Part shown: piece after piece, positions 53,540-63,808 of the stretch
Position numbering within the stretch: position 1 is the stretch's first letter
How the letters are laid out: every line of letters begins with the position of its first letter
Source: an uncultured Acidobacteriota bacterium
Lineage (GTDB): Bacteria; Acidobacteriota; Vicinamibacteria; Marinacidobacterales; SMYC01
NCBI GenBank assembly: GCA_963815675.1
Contig: CAWFHP010000007.1
Span: 37,302 to 101,301 of the forward strand
DNA: 64,000 nucleotides
Direction: 5' to 3'
Notes under the pieces: generated by a model
What the model saw: only the letters and a program-made list of their open reading frames with translations
What the model was told of the DNA's origin: nothing
Databases searched by the model: none
Translations under genes and position numbers: made by a program

Positions 53540-56357
53540 GACGACTCTCCGAGGGCGGACGCATCCGACGCGACCGCCCCCTCCGCTTCACCTGGGACGG
53601 CTTGGAGCTCTCGGGTTTCGAGGGGGACACGCTGGCCTCGGCGCTCCTCGGATGCGGGGATCGACGTCGTCGGAAGGAGCGCTTCGTTCGGCCGCCCGCG
53701 CGGCATCACCAGCGCCGGTTTCGAGGAAGCGAGCGGTTTCGCGCAAGATTCTTTCCGGTGCGACGCGAGCGAGCCTCTCGTCCGCATGACGGCCATCACC
53801 CTGCACGACGGTCTTGCCGCGGAGAGTCGCATCACGAAAGGCGTGCTCGCCGAACGGCGGCGACGGGGGACGGTTCGACAAGCGGTACGCGCACTGCGAC
53901 GTTCTCGTCGTCGGGGCCGGGCCCGCGGGAATCGCGGCCGCACTCGTCGCATCCGCGGCGGGGGCGCGCGTGATCGTCGATCGAGTCCGACGACGAGGTC
54001 GGCGGCGCGCTTCTGCGCGATGGGCAGTTGGCGGAGTGGAGGGACCAGTCCCTCGCGACGTTCGCCGCCGCTCCCGAGGCGCGCGTCCTCACGGCGACTA
54101 CTGCCGCGATTCTGCTGGACCACAACGGTGTGATCGCCGTCGAGCGCATCGGCTGCCGGCTCTCTCCGAGCTCACGGGGCGGACTCGCCGAGCAGCGACT
54201 CTGGCACATCCGCGCGAAGACGACCGTCCTCGCGACGGGCGCCCTCGAGCGGCCGATCGTCTTTCAGGACAACGACCGTCCCGGCATCATGCTCGCCTCG
54301 GCGGCGCGGGCGTACCTGCGTCGCTACGCGCGTCGCGCCGAGCCGCGGCCTCGTCTTCACGAGCACCGATGACGGCTACCGGACGGCGCTCGATTGGCAC
54401 GCCGCCGGGGTGGAAGTGGCGGCGGTCATCGATCCCCGGCCCCAGGGGCGAGGAGAGCTTCCGCGAAAGACGGCGTCGGCAGGCATTCGCGTTTTCCGTG
54501 AGTCCGTCGTCGAGACCACGTTCGCCGACGAGGCGGGGCGCTTCCGTGCGGTGCGCGTGCGAACGCCGTCAGGCACCAATCGAATCGAAGCGGACCTTCT
54601 CGCCGTTTCGGGAGGGTTCGAATCCCTATCCTCGACCTCCACCTCCAGCGCCGAGGGCCCACGAAATACGACCCGGAGCTCGGCGCAGCCGTGCCGTCTT
54701 CGACGCTTCCCGGTCAATGGATCGCGGGCGCCGCCAACGGCGCGAGGACTCTTCGCGGCTGTCTCACGGACGGCGCCCGCGCCGCGCGGGACGCGCTGAC
54801 CGGCCCTCGGCCTCGAAGCGCCCGCGTTCTCGCCTCCGAGAACGGAGCTCATCGAAGAGGACCGGCCGTTCTCGCTCTCGCGCGTTCCCGCACCGGACGG
54901 CGACGAATCCCGGTCGTTCGTCGACCTCTTCCGCGACGGCACCGTCCTCGGCGTCGAGCGAGCCGTCGGAGCCGGCATCCGGCATATCGAGCACGTCAAG
55001 CGGTACACCGTCATGGGCACCGGCGTCGAGCAAGGGCGAAGCGCGAAGACGAACGCGGCGGCTTTGACTGCCGTGCTGACCGAGCGACCCCTCGCGGACG
55101 TAGCGACGTCGGGGAGCAGGCCCCCGGTCGAGCCTCTTTCGTTTCGTCTTCTCGCCGGTCGCGCGGCGGGAGACCGTTTCGAGCCCGTGAGAATCGACCG
55201 CGATGCACGACTCCCACGTCACCCTCGGCGCCATCTTCGAGCCCGCCGGCCAATGGCTCCGCCCGAACCACTACCCGAGGCGCGGCGAATCGATGGAGGA
55301 CGCCGTCCGCCGCGAGTGCCGGGCGGCGAGAGCCGCGGTCGCCGTCATCGACGTCTCGACCCTCGGGAAGATCGACGTGCGCGGTCCCGACGCGGTCTGG
55401 TTTCTCGAGAACCTCTATGTGAATGCCATCGGCTCGCTCGCCATCGGCAAGGCGCGGTACAGCGTGATGTGCCGGCTCGACGGCTCGATCTTCGACGATG
55501 GCGTCGTCATGCGCACCGGGGAGAATCGCTTCTTTGTCACGGCCTCCACCGCCCACGCCACCGCGGTCGTCGATTGGATGGAAGAGTGGCTACAGACGGA
55601 ATGGCCCGACCGCCGCGTCTTCGTCACGTCCTTGACGGAGCAGCTGTCGACGGTCGCCATCGTCGGCCCGCGCTCGCGCGAGGTGATGGAGAAGCTCGCG
55701 CCGACCCTCGACGTGTCGAAGGGTGCTTTCCCGTTTCTCGCCGTGAGGCGGGGAACGGTTGCCGGCGTTCCCGACGCGCAGGTCGCGCGCGTGAGCTTCT
55801 CTGGAGAGCTCGCCTTCGAAGTGAGCGTTCCCTGGGACGTCGGACCGAGTTTGTGGAGCGCCGTCCTGTCGGCTGGCGAGCCCTTCGCGATTCAGCCCTA
55901 CGGGCTCGAGGCGCTCCAGGTGCTACGGAGCGAGAAGGGCTACGTCATCGTGGGTCAGGACACGGAAGCGACGACGACGCCCGAAGACGCCGGGCTCGGC
56001 TGGCTCGTATCGAAAGAAAAGGACTTCATCGGCAAGCGCTCCTTCGCGAGGCCCGCGCTGAAGGCAGCGGATCGATTGCAGCTCGTCGGATTCCTTCCCG
56101 ACGAGCCGACGGTGGTGCTCCCGGAAGGGGCGGGACTCGTGTCGCAGGTCTCCTCTCCGCCGATGGAAATCCAGGGGCACGTGACGACGAGCCACTGGAG
56201 CGAGGCGCTCGGCCGCTCGTTCGGACTCGCGATGGTGAAGGGCGGCCGAGAACGGCACGGGGAAACGCTCTACGCACCGCTCGAGGATGGCGTCGTCCCG
56301 GTGACGCTCGTCGACCCGGTGCACTACGACAAGAAGGGAGCACGCCGCGATGGATGA
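53536..56357 (+). CDS. soxA: Sarcosine oxidase subunit alpha; several frameshifts
   Basis: GDTLASALL, VGAGPAG, LATGA.ERP.VF..NDRPG, EHVKRYT, DVSTLGKID..GPDA, RVSFSGELAFE, LR.EKG...VGQDT. Confidence 0.93.
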
Positions 56358-56889
56358 CGCTGCGAAGCTGATCCCTCTGGAATCGCGAGCTCAGATCGCC
56401 GTTCGCGCCCGAGATCGGGCGGCGGGTCGCGTGGCGAGCTACCTCTCACTCGAAGCTCTTCCCGGGCCGAACCGCTTCGTCGCGACAGGTGCCGGCGACA
56501 TCGAGTGCTTCTGGCTCGGACCCGAAGAGTGGCTCGTCGTCGGTCCTCGGTCCGCTCGAGAGACGATGCTCGAAGCGCTCGAGCGAGCGGTGGGGCCCGA
56601 TGACGGGGCGGCCGTCGACCTTTCGGCGAGCCGCCTCCTCGTCGACCTCGCGGGTCCGAGGGCTCGAGAAGTCCTCGCGAGCTGCTGCGCCCTCGACCTC
56701 CATCCCCGCGTCTTCAGCCCCGGCCAATGCGCGCAGACGCTCCTGGCGAAGAGCCCGGTCCTCCTGAGCCAGATGGACGACCGCCCCACCTATCGGCTCC
56801 TGGTGAGACCGTCTCTTTTCATGTACGTCCGTTCGTGGCTCGCCGACGGCATCGATGGCGTCCGGGCCGAGTCGACTCGGTCGAGTTGA
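56350..56889 (+). CDS. soxG: Sarcosine oxidase subunit gamma
   Basis: WLGPEEWLV, VDLS, L.GP.AREVL...CALDLHP..F..G.CAQT. Confidence 0.93.
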   Translation: MDDAAKLIPLESRAQIAVRARDRAAGRVASYLSLEALPGPNRFVATGAGDIECFWLGPEEWLVVGPRSARETMLEALERAVGPDDGAAVDLSASRLLVDLAGPRAREVLASCCALDLHPRVFSPGQCAQTLLAKSPVLLSQMDDRPTYRLLVRPSLFMYVRSWLADGIDGVRAESTRSS

Positions 56890-57111
56890 CGGACCCGGTC
56901 AATCTCGAGGACGCAGCAACGTGGCTTCCCGTCGTTCAGGAGGTCCTCCAGGGAGTGCGAGAAGAGCGTGCGTTCGAGCTCGCCGGTATCACCACGTCGA
57001 GTCGGCTTCGAGGAAATCGTCGGGATGGGATGAGATTGCCTCGTTCAGGCCCCGCGTCGATTGAAGGACATCTGGTGCCACCTGTGTCTTCTCCTCGCGA
57101 GAAGGACAGGG

Positions 57112-59421
57112 TCACCCTGTCGGTATTAGTGGGTGCAGCTGGCAACTACTGTCCCTGTCTCCCACCCTCGCGAGCGACGACACCTCGAGACGATTCTCCA
57201 GCACGTCCACTCGGGCATGGCTCCCTTCGGACAGCTCTCCCAGAACGAGCATCCGCCCCAGGGAAGCGCCCACTCCGTCCGCGAGGATGCGGTGAAGACG
57301 ATGCGCTCCCTCCTCGCGAGGAAAGCCGCGCCCGGAAAGCCAATCCACCGCGGCGGGACTCCACTCGAGCTCGATCCTCCGCTCCGCCAACCTCTCCGAG
57401 AGCTCGCGACACCGCCAATCGGTGATGAGCCGGGCGATGTCCCCGTTGAGACGCCCGAAATCCACCACCCCGTCCACGTCGGGAGTGAGCCGGCTCACCT
57501 TCGGCTCCCGAGTCGACATCACGAGCAGAGTCTGCCGAAAATCCACGCGCCGCCCTTGCCCATCGCTGGCCGCACCCTTTTCCAGAACGCGTGACAGAAG
57601 TCTGTAGACATCGGTCGGGACGCGGCCGATATCGCGCACGAGCAGGACGACTCGCGGCTTGCTCGCGACGACTTCGAGGATTCGAGAGGACTCGTCGCTC
57701 GAAACGGACACGAAGGCGCTCTCGTCGTGAAGGAAATGGCGCGCGAGGCTTCGGGCCATCTCCGTCTTCCCGACCCCCGGAGGCCCTACGAAGAGGAAAC
57801 TTCCTCCCGGGCCCCTCGAAGCCTCGAGCCGCGCGGACGCCTTCATCAGCGCGGAAGCAATCAGACGGGCGGCGGCCCGTTGTCCCAGGACGTCGCTGGC
57901 GAGATTGCGTTCGAGCCTCACGAGCTCCGAGCGGGATTCGAGGACGAGCCCTCGAAGACGAGCGTCCGTCCGCTTCTCGACGACGAGAGTGACGTCGTCC
58001 CGCGTCACCTCGCGGTCGATGAGGCCGACGGATCGATCGGGGAGCGCCTTCTCCGCCTCGCGAAGTCGGCTCGGAAGCGACTCGTCGCCGGCGCGTTCCG
58101 CGAGCTGTCTCTTCAGGGAGAGCACGCGGTCGTGTGCCTCCTGCTCCTGCTCCCACCGGGCACGCAACCAGCCGGCGGCGGTACGAAGCTCGGCGAGGTC
58201 CTCTTCCGTCCTCGCGGAGCGGCCTCGCTGCGACTGGAGCGCGAAGACCCGCGCCTCCGTCCTCTCGAGCTCTCCGGGAGGCCGTGCCGCCCGTTGTTGT
58301 TTCCTCGCCGCTGACTCGTCGAGGACGCGGATCGCGGCCCGCGGAAGCTTCGTCCCGGGAATGTGCCGTTGAGCGAACTCGACGGCCGCGTCTATGGCGT
58401 CATCGGCAATGACCACCTCGTGACGGTTCTCGAGCTGCGCTCTCAGCGCTCGCAGTACCAACACCGTCGTCGCTGCGGAGAGGGGCTCGACGAGAACAGT
58501 CTCGAAGGATCCTTCCAGGTAATGCTGTCGCGAGAGAGACCCATAGTATTCCTCGGGGGTCGCCTGACCGATTAGCGAGACGTAGTCGCGCGCGGAACAG
58601 GTACGGAGCCACATCGCGGCGTTGGCCAGCACAAGGGGATCCTCGATGTGAAAGAGGATCCTGGAACCGCGCCCCGCCCAATGGCGCAGGTACTCGTCGA
58701 CCGATGAGCTCGGAAGAGTGCACCCGACGGCGAGGAGCCTCGCACCCCGGAGCTCGCGAGGAGCGTCGGGGGCGGCGAGCGTCCTGGCAAGCGCTTCCAC
58801 GACCGCTCCTTTGCCGACGCCCTCCTCTCCGAGAAGGACGGGGTCGTGGCGCCGCTCGACGAGGATGTCGACGAGCCGAGCGGTAACGTCGTCCCGTCCG
58901 AGAATGGGGTGGAGGCTTGCCTCCCGTGCTTCCCGGGTGAGGTCTGGTATCGGGTCTGACGGCGATTTCGAGCCCGACGCCAGTGCGACGTCATTTGCGA
59001 CGCTCGAAACTCCGAAGATCCCCTCGGCGGTCAGACCCCGCGCGCGCAGCAGCTCTCCGGAAGAGCCTCCGTACTCGAGAAGCGCCGCGAGGAAGTGCCG
59101 CGGGGTGATGGCTCCGCTCCCTCTTCTATCCGCCTCGCGCTCGGCGGATTCGAGGACCGCCTCGAGCTCGAACGCAAGCCTCGTCGTTCTAGAGTATTCG
59201 GGGCTCGTTCGCTCGAGCAGGCTCTCGAGAACGGAGGAAAGACTCTCCGTCGCCTCACCCAGACGGACGAACAGAGGAGACGCGACCCCACCCCTCTGTC
59301 GCAACAGAGCCAGAAGAAGGTGCTCGGGGCGTACCTCGGGATGACCCCTCCGCACCGCTAGCGATTGCGCGATAGCGAGGGCTTCGAGGGACGAGGAGTC
59401 GAGCCTTTTGTAGTCCATCAC
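57112..59421 (-). CDS. ClpB-like AAA+ protein with degenerate catalytic motifs
   Basis: Clp-N repeats (PEHLLLALL), PVLLGEEGVGK, coiled-coil M domain, GSFLFVGPPGVGKTE, DGQGRRVDF; GGAGGT RBS. Confidence 0.85.
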   Translation of the reverse strand: MMDYKRLDSSSLEALAIAQSLAVRRGHPEVRPEHLLLALLRQRGGVASPLFVRLGEATESLSSVLESLLERTSPEYSRTTRLAFELEAVLESAEREADRRGSGAITPRHFLAALLEYGGSSGELLRARGLTAEGIFGVSSVANDVALASGSKSPSDPIPDLTREAREASLHPILGRDDVTARLVDILVERRHDPVLLGEEGVGKGAVVEALARTLAAPDAPRELRGARLLAVGCTLPSSSVDEYLRHWAGRGSRILFHIEDPLVLANAAMWLRTCSARDYVSLIGQATPEEYYGSLSRQHYLEGSFETVLVEPLSAATTVLVLRALRAQLENRHEVVIADDAIDAAVEFAQRHIPGTKLPRAAIRVLDESAARKQQRAARPPGELERTEARVFALQSQRGRSARTEEDLAELRTAAGWLRARWEQEQEAHDRVLSLKRQLAERAGDESLPSRLREAEKALPDRSVGLIDREVTRDDVTLVVEKRTDARLRGLVLESRSELVRLERNLASDVLGQRAAARLIASALMKASARLEASRGPGGSFLFVGPPGVGKTEMARSLARHFLHDESAFVSVSSDESSRILEVVASKPRVVLLVRDIGRVPTDVYRLLSRVLEKGAASDGQGRRVDFRQTLLVMSTREPKVSRLTPDVDGVVDFGRLNGDIARLITDWRCRELSERLAERRIELEWSPAAVDWLSGRGFPREEGAHRLHRILADGVGASLGRMLVLGELSEGSHARVDVLENRLEVSSLARVGDRDSSCQLHPLIPTG

Positions 59422-59592
59422 ACCTCCCGGCGCCGCGCCGACGATTGGATTTCGCTTCCCATTGAGTAATGCGGAAACGGCGGTCGAAACGGCTCAGGGG
59501 GGTGAAAAAAGGACGGCTCGGGCTATGGGGCTACGCGTCGACGGTCCCGGGACTCCATCGCGCGAGCATGCCACGAGGTGCGCGCAGGAAAT

Positions 59593-59652
59593 CTCCATCG
59601 CGGCGGCTCAGCGGCGGCGCGCGGGGCCGTCCGCCGCAACGGACTCTTCGGC
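59593..59652 (-). mobile_element. Degenerate attC-like site at the end of the hydrolase cassette
   Basis: Minus strand GCCGAAG-agtccgttgcggcggacggc...cgccgctgagccgccgc-GATGGAG; attC-like inner arms, mutated R boxes. Confidence 0.45.
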
Positions 59653-60730
59653 GGCCGCTGAAGGCGGCCTGTCCCCTTCATTGGCCGGACGTTCCTTCCG
59701 GAACCTGCTCACTGCGAGCTCGGCTCGGATCATCTCTCTGTGAAAGAGATCCGGTTCCTCGTAGAACGGGAAGTGTGCCGAGTGCTCGAACCACACGAGC
59801 CCCTTGAGGGGAGCGTCGAGCCGTTCCAAGTACTCTGCGGCCAGCTCGGACGGCGTGTTGAAATCGTAGCGTCCAAGGAAGAAGAAGACCGGTACGTCGA
59901 GCTTGGGAATCTCGCCTTCCAACGGCTTCGGGACGACATCGTAGCTCATCTCCCGACCCACGAGATTCCGCTCCTTTCTTCACGTTCAGGACATCTCGAA
60001 GCGTGTACTCCGGAGCCATCAGCCCGGTCATCAGAAGCGGCCAAAAGGTTCGGGAGGCGTGTAACTCCCCTCCGGAGCGGAACAGGTCGTCCTCATTGAC
60101 CTCGACAGTCGCATTGCGGGTCCGCAGCTTCGAATCACCACCTTCCCCGGCCGTCCCGGCCAGGAATGCGTGCCGCAGCGCGCTGACCTGCTCGCGGCTC
60201 CCGGCGAGTTGCCCCATACCGACATACGCGCGGTAGTACTCGGGGTGTCCATGGATGGCGAGAAGGCCGAGGTAGCTCCCCCACGAGTGGCCTACGAGAT
60301 AGACCTGCGTCTGGGCGAAGCGCGCCCGGAGGATGCGCGTCAGCTCGTAGGTATCCTCGAGCGTCTGACTGACGCTCAGGGGAGTCCCTTGACGCCATGC
60401 TTCGAATGACTTCCCCGCTCCCTTCCGGTCCCAATGCACGATCACGAAGTCGCGCTCTAGCTCGCGCTGGAACGCATGTGCGAGATACATCGCAGGCATT
60501 CCAGGCCCACCATGCAGGAACAGGAGGATCGGTTTCGTACGATCGCGGCCGCGAATGAGTACCCATTGCTCGACACCGCCGAGCCGTATCTGCTCCAGCG
60601 AAGCGACACTGCCGGGAGAGTCAATCGGGGGAGTGTTGCCTCGGCCGAGAACGAATACGAAGACAACGATCCCGACGACCAAAAGTGCCAAAGCGACGGC
60701 GCTGAGTATTACGTATCTAAAGCGACGCAT
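59608..60730 (-). CDS. Alpha/beta hydrolase (proline iminopeptidase-like), gene cassette; frameshift ~59965
   Basis: LGGVEQW..IRG, FLHGGPG, WD.KGAGKS, GHSWGS, GRYD..TP, FE.SAH.P. Confidence 0.88.
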
Positions 60731-60769
60731 TTTCTGGCTCCTGCGTTGGATCAGAACCATCGCTCGGCC

Positions 60770-60868
60770 GCCCAACACCGGGCTTCAGCGGCGCGGCCAG
60801 CCTCTGGCGGCAGCACTTCGCTGAAGCCGACGCGGCGTCACGCCCGGAACCATACTAACCGAAAACCA
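60770..60868 (-). mobile_element. Partial attC site (R' half, GTTGGGC on minus strand)
   Basis: GCCCAACaccgggcttcagcggcgcggccag... aligns over ~100 nt with the attC at 61944; the opposite arm is missing. Confidence 0.7.
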
Positions 60869-60943
60869 ACTGACCTCTGCGGAGCTCCGGACGAGAGGAT
60901 CTCGCAAACACGGACCCCGGGTTGGTGCGGTGCTGGATCGCGC

Positions 60944-61055
60944 CTACTCGTACCCCAATGCCACGATCGGATCCACTCTCGCGGCGCGGCGGGCTGAGAG
61001 GAAGCAGGAGACGGGCGCGGCGAGCGCGAGGACCAGCACCGCGACGACGAACAGT
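60944..61055 (-). pseudogene. 3' fragment of an ADOP permease gene
   Basis: Manual translation FVVAVLVLALAAPVSCFLSARRAARVDPIVALGYE*. Confidence 0.75.
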
Positions 61056-61555
61056 GCGTTCAACTGTGAGCGTCTACTAATTGCACCGCGCTCGACAGCT
61101 GCAACGCAATGATGCTTCTACAGGCCCCCTCCCGCGTACCCCCAGGATCGAGGGCACGCTAGGGAGTGGAAAACCTACGCTCGAAAGGAGAGAGCCTGAT
61201 GAGATTCGACAACGTAACCCACACCGATCCCGTTTCTAACGAACCCGAGCTGGCTTGCGCTTCCGCTCGAGGTCGTACCCTTTTTGATCGGGACGGTACG
61301 AGGGAACCCATGTGTTTCTAGTGCCGCAGGAACACGACACGCGACGTTCCTGCACCGACGGGCGGGAGGCCTCATCGCTTCACGCCGCGACGGCTGAGCC
61401 GCTATAGGTGTTTGGTACAGAGCTTCCCCTCTTCGTACCTGCTCCAGAGAAACGAAGTCAGAGCAATCTCATCGAGCCTTCGGCAACTTCACAGGTGCGC
61501 TCGCGCCTTCGGGAAAGATCTAGTGTAGCTGTTGACAGACGGGGGCGTGATAGGT

Positions 61556-61562
61556 GTTAGGC
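61556..61562 (-). mobile_element. Isolated attC R'' box (GCCTAAC) 6 nt after the cassette stop codon
   Basis: Complementary to the GTTAGGC preceding the same gene; no matching arm found. Confidence 0.6.
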
Positions 61563-61568
61563 TGCAGG

Positions 61569-61919
61569 TTAACGCGAACCCCCGAACTCGTTAATGTCAA
61601 GCGTGAACGACTTACCGTCGGTGACTACAAGCTGCCCGTCTACCATATGGTATTGGAGCGATTCGATGGCGATTTCGGTAGGGATCTTGGTGACGATCAA
61701 GCCACTCTGGGCGACCGAGAGTAATCGCGACCTGAGCTCTGGGCGTCTCTTGTACTCGTTGTGCCCCAGCTCGAACACGAATGCGTAGCCTCGCAATTGT
61801 TGTACTTCGCCGGAAATCCCTGTCACCTCGCCTGCAAAGTGGCGCCGCACGTCGTTCTCGAATTGCCGCCTGGTGATGATGTGCAGCTTGTCACCGACTT
61901 CGATCGCTGGATTGGACAA
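61569..61919 (-). CDS. Hypothetical cassette protein (~116 aa)
   Basis: GGAGGTG RBS then TTG, directly after GTTAGGC; lower GC than the backbone. Confidence 0.85.
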   Translation of the reverse strand: MSNPAIEVGDKLHIITRRQFENDVRRHFAGEVTGISGEVQQLRGYAFVFELGHNEYKRRPELRSRLLSVAQSGLIVTKIPTEIAIESLQYHMVDGQLVVTDGKSFTLDINEFGGSR

Positions 61920-61943
61920 CTCGTCACCTCCGTTGTTTCTGCT

Positions 61944-62076
61944 GCCTAACACCGGCGCTCAGCGGCGTGGCCAGTCCGTTGGCAGCAGCACTGAGCCGCG
62001 CGAAGACGACGCGGGCGACGCCTACGACTATGCTACTAGAAAACGACGGCCACGTCCGCTGCAGCGCCAAGTAGAC
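61944..62076 (-). mobile_element. attC site (~133 bp)
   Basis: GCCTAAC..ggcgctcagcggcgtggcc / ggccacgtccgctgcagcgcc..GT(T)AGAC; imperfect palindrome with extrahelical bases. Confidence 0.85.
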
Positions 62077-62176
62077 CGCACGCGAGTGACCTGCGCGAAT
62101 AGAGGGGGCCCTCAAGGACCAGACGGCTGTGGGTCAAAGCGAGCGTGGTGGCCCATTCGTGGCCAGGCACGGCCCG

Positions 62177-62896
62177 TCATCCGGCGATGGTCGCAACCAG
62201 CCACCGGGCGGTGCTCATCCACCAAGAGGTCGTCATGTACGCGTTGGGCAACAGTTCCCACAACAAGATGGCCGGGCCGCCGTACAAGGTCACCGGGTGC
62301 ATCCGCCCCAAGGCCCGGTAGTCCCACCAGACGAGTGCCACCACCACTAGACCCGGCCCAACAACGTGGTCGAGCTGGTAGGGTAACGTGAAGAGACGAC
62401 CAAAGGGTGCAGTCAGCATGGCCACCATTCCCAGCAACATCAGCCGTTTGTGCACATCCGGTCGCCGTCGCCAATGGAGTGCAGCTCCGAACAGCAACGT
62501 GTACGCGGTGATGTTGCCGACACTGACTGCGAGAAAGGCGAGTTCGTCTGGTGGGGACCCATAGCGCGCCGCGGAGTTGATCGCGACAAACGGCCCCAGC
62601 AGCACGAGCGCGACGTACCACGCGACTCCGAGCATGCCGAGCTTGCGATGCTGCGGCGTGCGGCCTGACGCCACGAGCCATGCTTGCACGACGAACAGAA
62701 GGCACCACCCGAAGGCCACTGCCGCATGGAGGTGCACTAGCGGCGTGAACGGAAGCGTGTCTGCCGGCAAGCCGAGTTGCGGCACCAGCAGGTACGTTCG
62801 CGAAAAACCCAGCACGGTCAGCCCCAGCATCGCTAGCGCCAGCCCCGTGAAAAAGCGATGTTCCTCGGCGCGGCCGACGGGTGCGGCTTCAGCCAT
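62177..62896 (-). CDS. Hypothetical integral membrane cassette protein
   Basis: About 7 TMs; GF..TY, H.H, Q..LV..GR...HR.LG, RRRPD.HKRLMLL. Confidence 0.85.
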   Translation of the reverse strand: MAEAAPVGRAEEHRFFTGLALAMLGLTVLGFSRTYLLVPQLGLPADTLPFTPLVHLHAAVAFGWCLLFVVQAWLVASGRTPQHRKLGMLGVAWYVALVLLGPFVAINSAARYGSPPDELAFLAVSVGNITAYTLLFGAALHWRRRPDVHKRLMLLGMVAMLTAPFGRLFTLPYQLDHVVGPGLVVVALVWWDYRALGRMHPVTLYGGPAILLWELLPNAYMTTSWWMSTARWLVATIAG

Positions 62897-63031
62897 CAGA
62901 TGGCCGCCCGAGGTGTCCGGTCGAAGATCGCTCCGGCAAGGCACGTGACGCCACACGTGAAAGAGACGTGTGCTTGGGGCGAGCTAAGTACCTGCATGGT
63001 CGTCGGTCCAAGTAGTCGGTCACCACTGACG

Positions 63032-63167
63032 GTCTAACGACCAGTTTGAACGGCGAAGCCAGCCCTCGCATAAAGGCACAACGTCGACCGAAGGCAGAGT
63101 TCTTTAATACCGCCTCCGTCGCCTCGAGACTGAGTAAGGCTTCTTCCGTTCGAAACGCTGGTTATCC
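63032..63167 (-). mobile_element. attC site (136 bp)
   Basis: GTCTAAC-gaccagtttgaacggcgaagcc ... ggcttcttccgttcgaaacgctg-GTTATCC. Confidence 0.88.
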
Positions 63168-63180
63168 GGCCCTTTCTAAT

Positions 63181-63393
63181 TTAGAGATCTTCCGGTTCGA
63201 GCCCCGTATGTTTCGCGATGCGGGCCAACATCCTGGGGCCAATTTCTTCTCTCTCATGAAAAGCGAACACGAAGTCCGGCCACCCTTCCTTTGAGAGAAC
63301 ACGGTGAGAACCGGATTGCCGCTTTAACTCCCACCCACGTTTGAGGAGTGCTCCAAGAACTTGCCGAGCTCGGGCGCTCTTCCAGCGGCTCAT
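63181..63393 (-). CDS. hicA: HicA-family toxin
   Basis: AL.KRGW...RQSGSH, FH...EIGP.ML.RI.K. Confidence 0.92.
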   Translation of the reverse strand: MSRWKSARARQVLGALLKRGWELKRQSGSHRVLSKEGWPDFVFAFHEREEIGPRMLARIAKHTGLEPEDL

Positions 63394-63599
63394 GCCGCGT
63401 TGAAGGTGATACTGCTGAACTCAGCCCCGGCCTCCCCATGCTCGAGCCGATCCGCCACGACACGCAAGGCCAGAGCTTGAACCTTTGCCTTGGCTTCAGC
63501 TTCGGAGACGCCATACGCAAGAGTCCCTGGGAGTTCCGGGACTTCCGCAATCCACCGACCGTCTTGTTCTTTCTCTACATCGATCGTGAACTGCACCAA
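63390..63599 (-). CDS. hicB: HicB-family antitoxin
   Basis: E.E.DGRWIAEVPELPG..AYG....EA; ATGA overlap with hicA. Confidence 0.92.
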   Translation of the reverse strand: MVQFTIDVEKEQDGRWIAEVPELPGTLAYGVSEAEAKAKVQALALRVVADRLEHGEAGAEFSSITFNAA

Positions 63600-63666
63600 A
63601 TTGCCTCCAGCTGAGCTGATTCTATTCTAGCCCCTGGCAACACCCGCCGGAATCGGCACCCGGAAC

Positions 63667-63801
63667 GGATAACTCTGAAATTGAGCAGCGAGGCCAGACC
63701 CCGCGTGCCGGCACGACGTGAACCGAAGGCGCCTGCTCTCCATTCAGGGCAATCCTCGCTAGACTGAGAAAGGCCTCGTCTGCTCGAATTTCTTGTTCTG
63801 C
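63667..63801 (-). mobile_element. attC site (135 bp)
   Basis: GGATAAC-tctgaaattgagcagcgaggcc ... ggcctcgtctgctcgaatttctt-GTTCTGC. Confidence 0.88.
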
Positions 63802-63808
63802 GGCTCCC

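Noticed and set aside
61180-61210. CTGATGA near GAAA as a hammerhead ribozyme
   Set aside because: Only 9 nt separate GAAA and CTGATGA and no GAAA follows a stem II; the three stems cannot be formed
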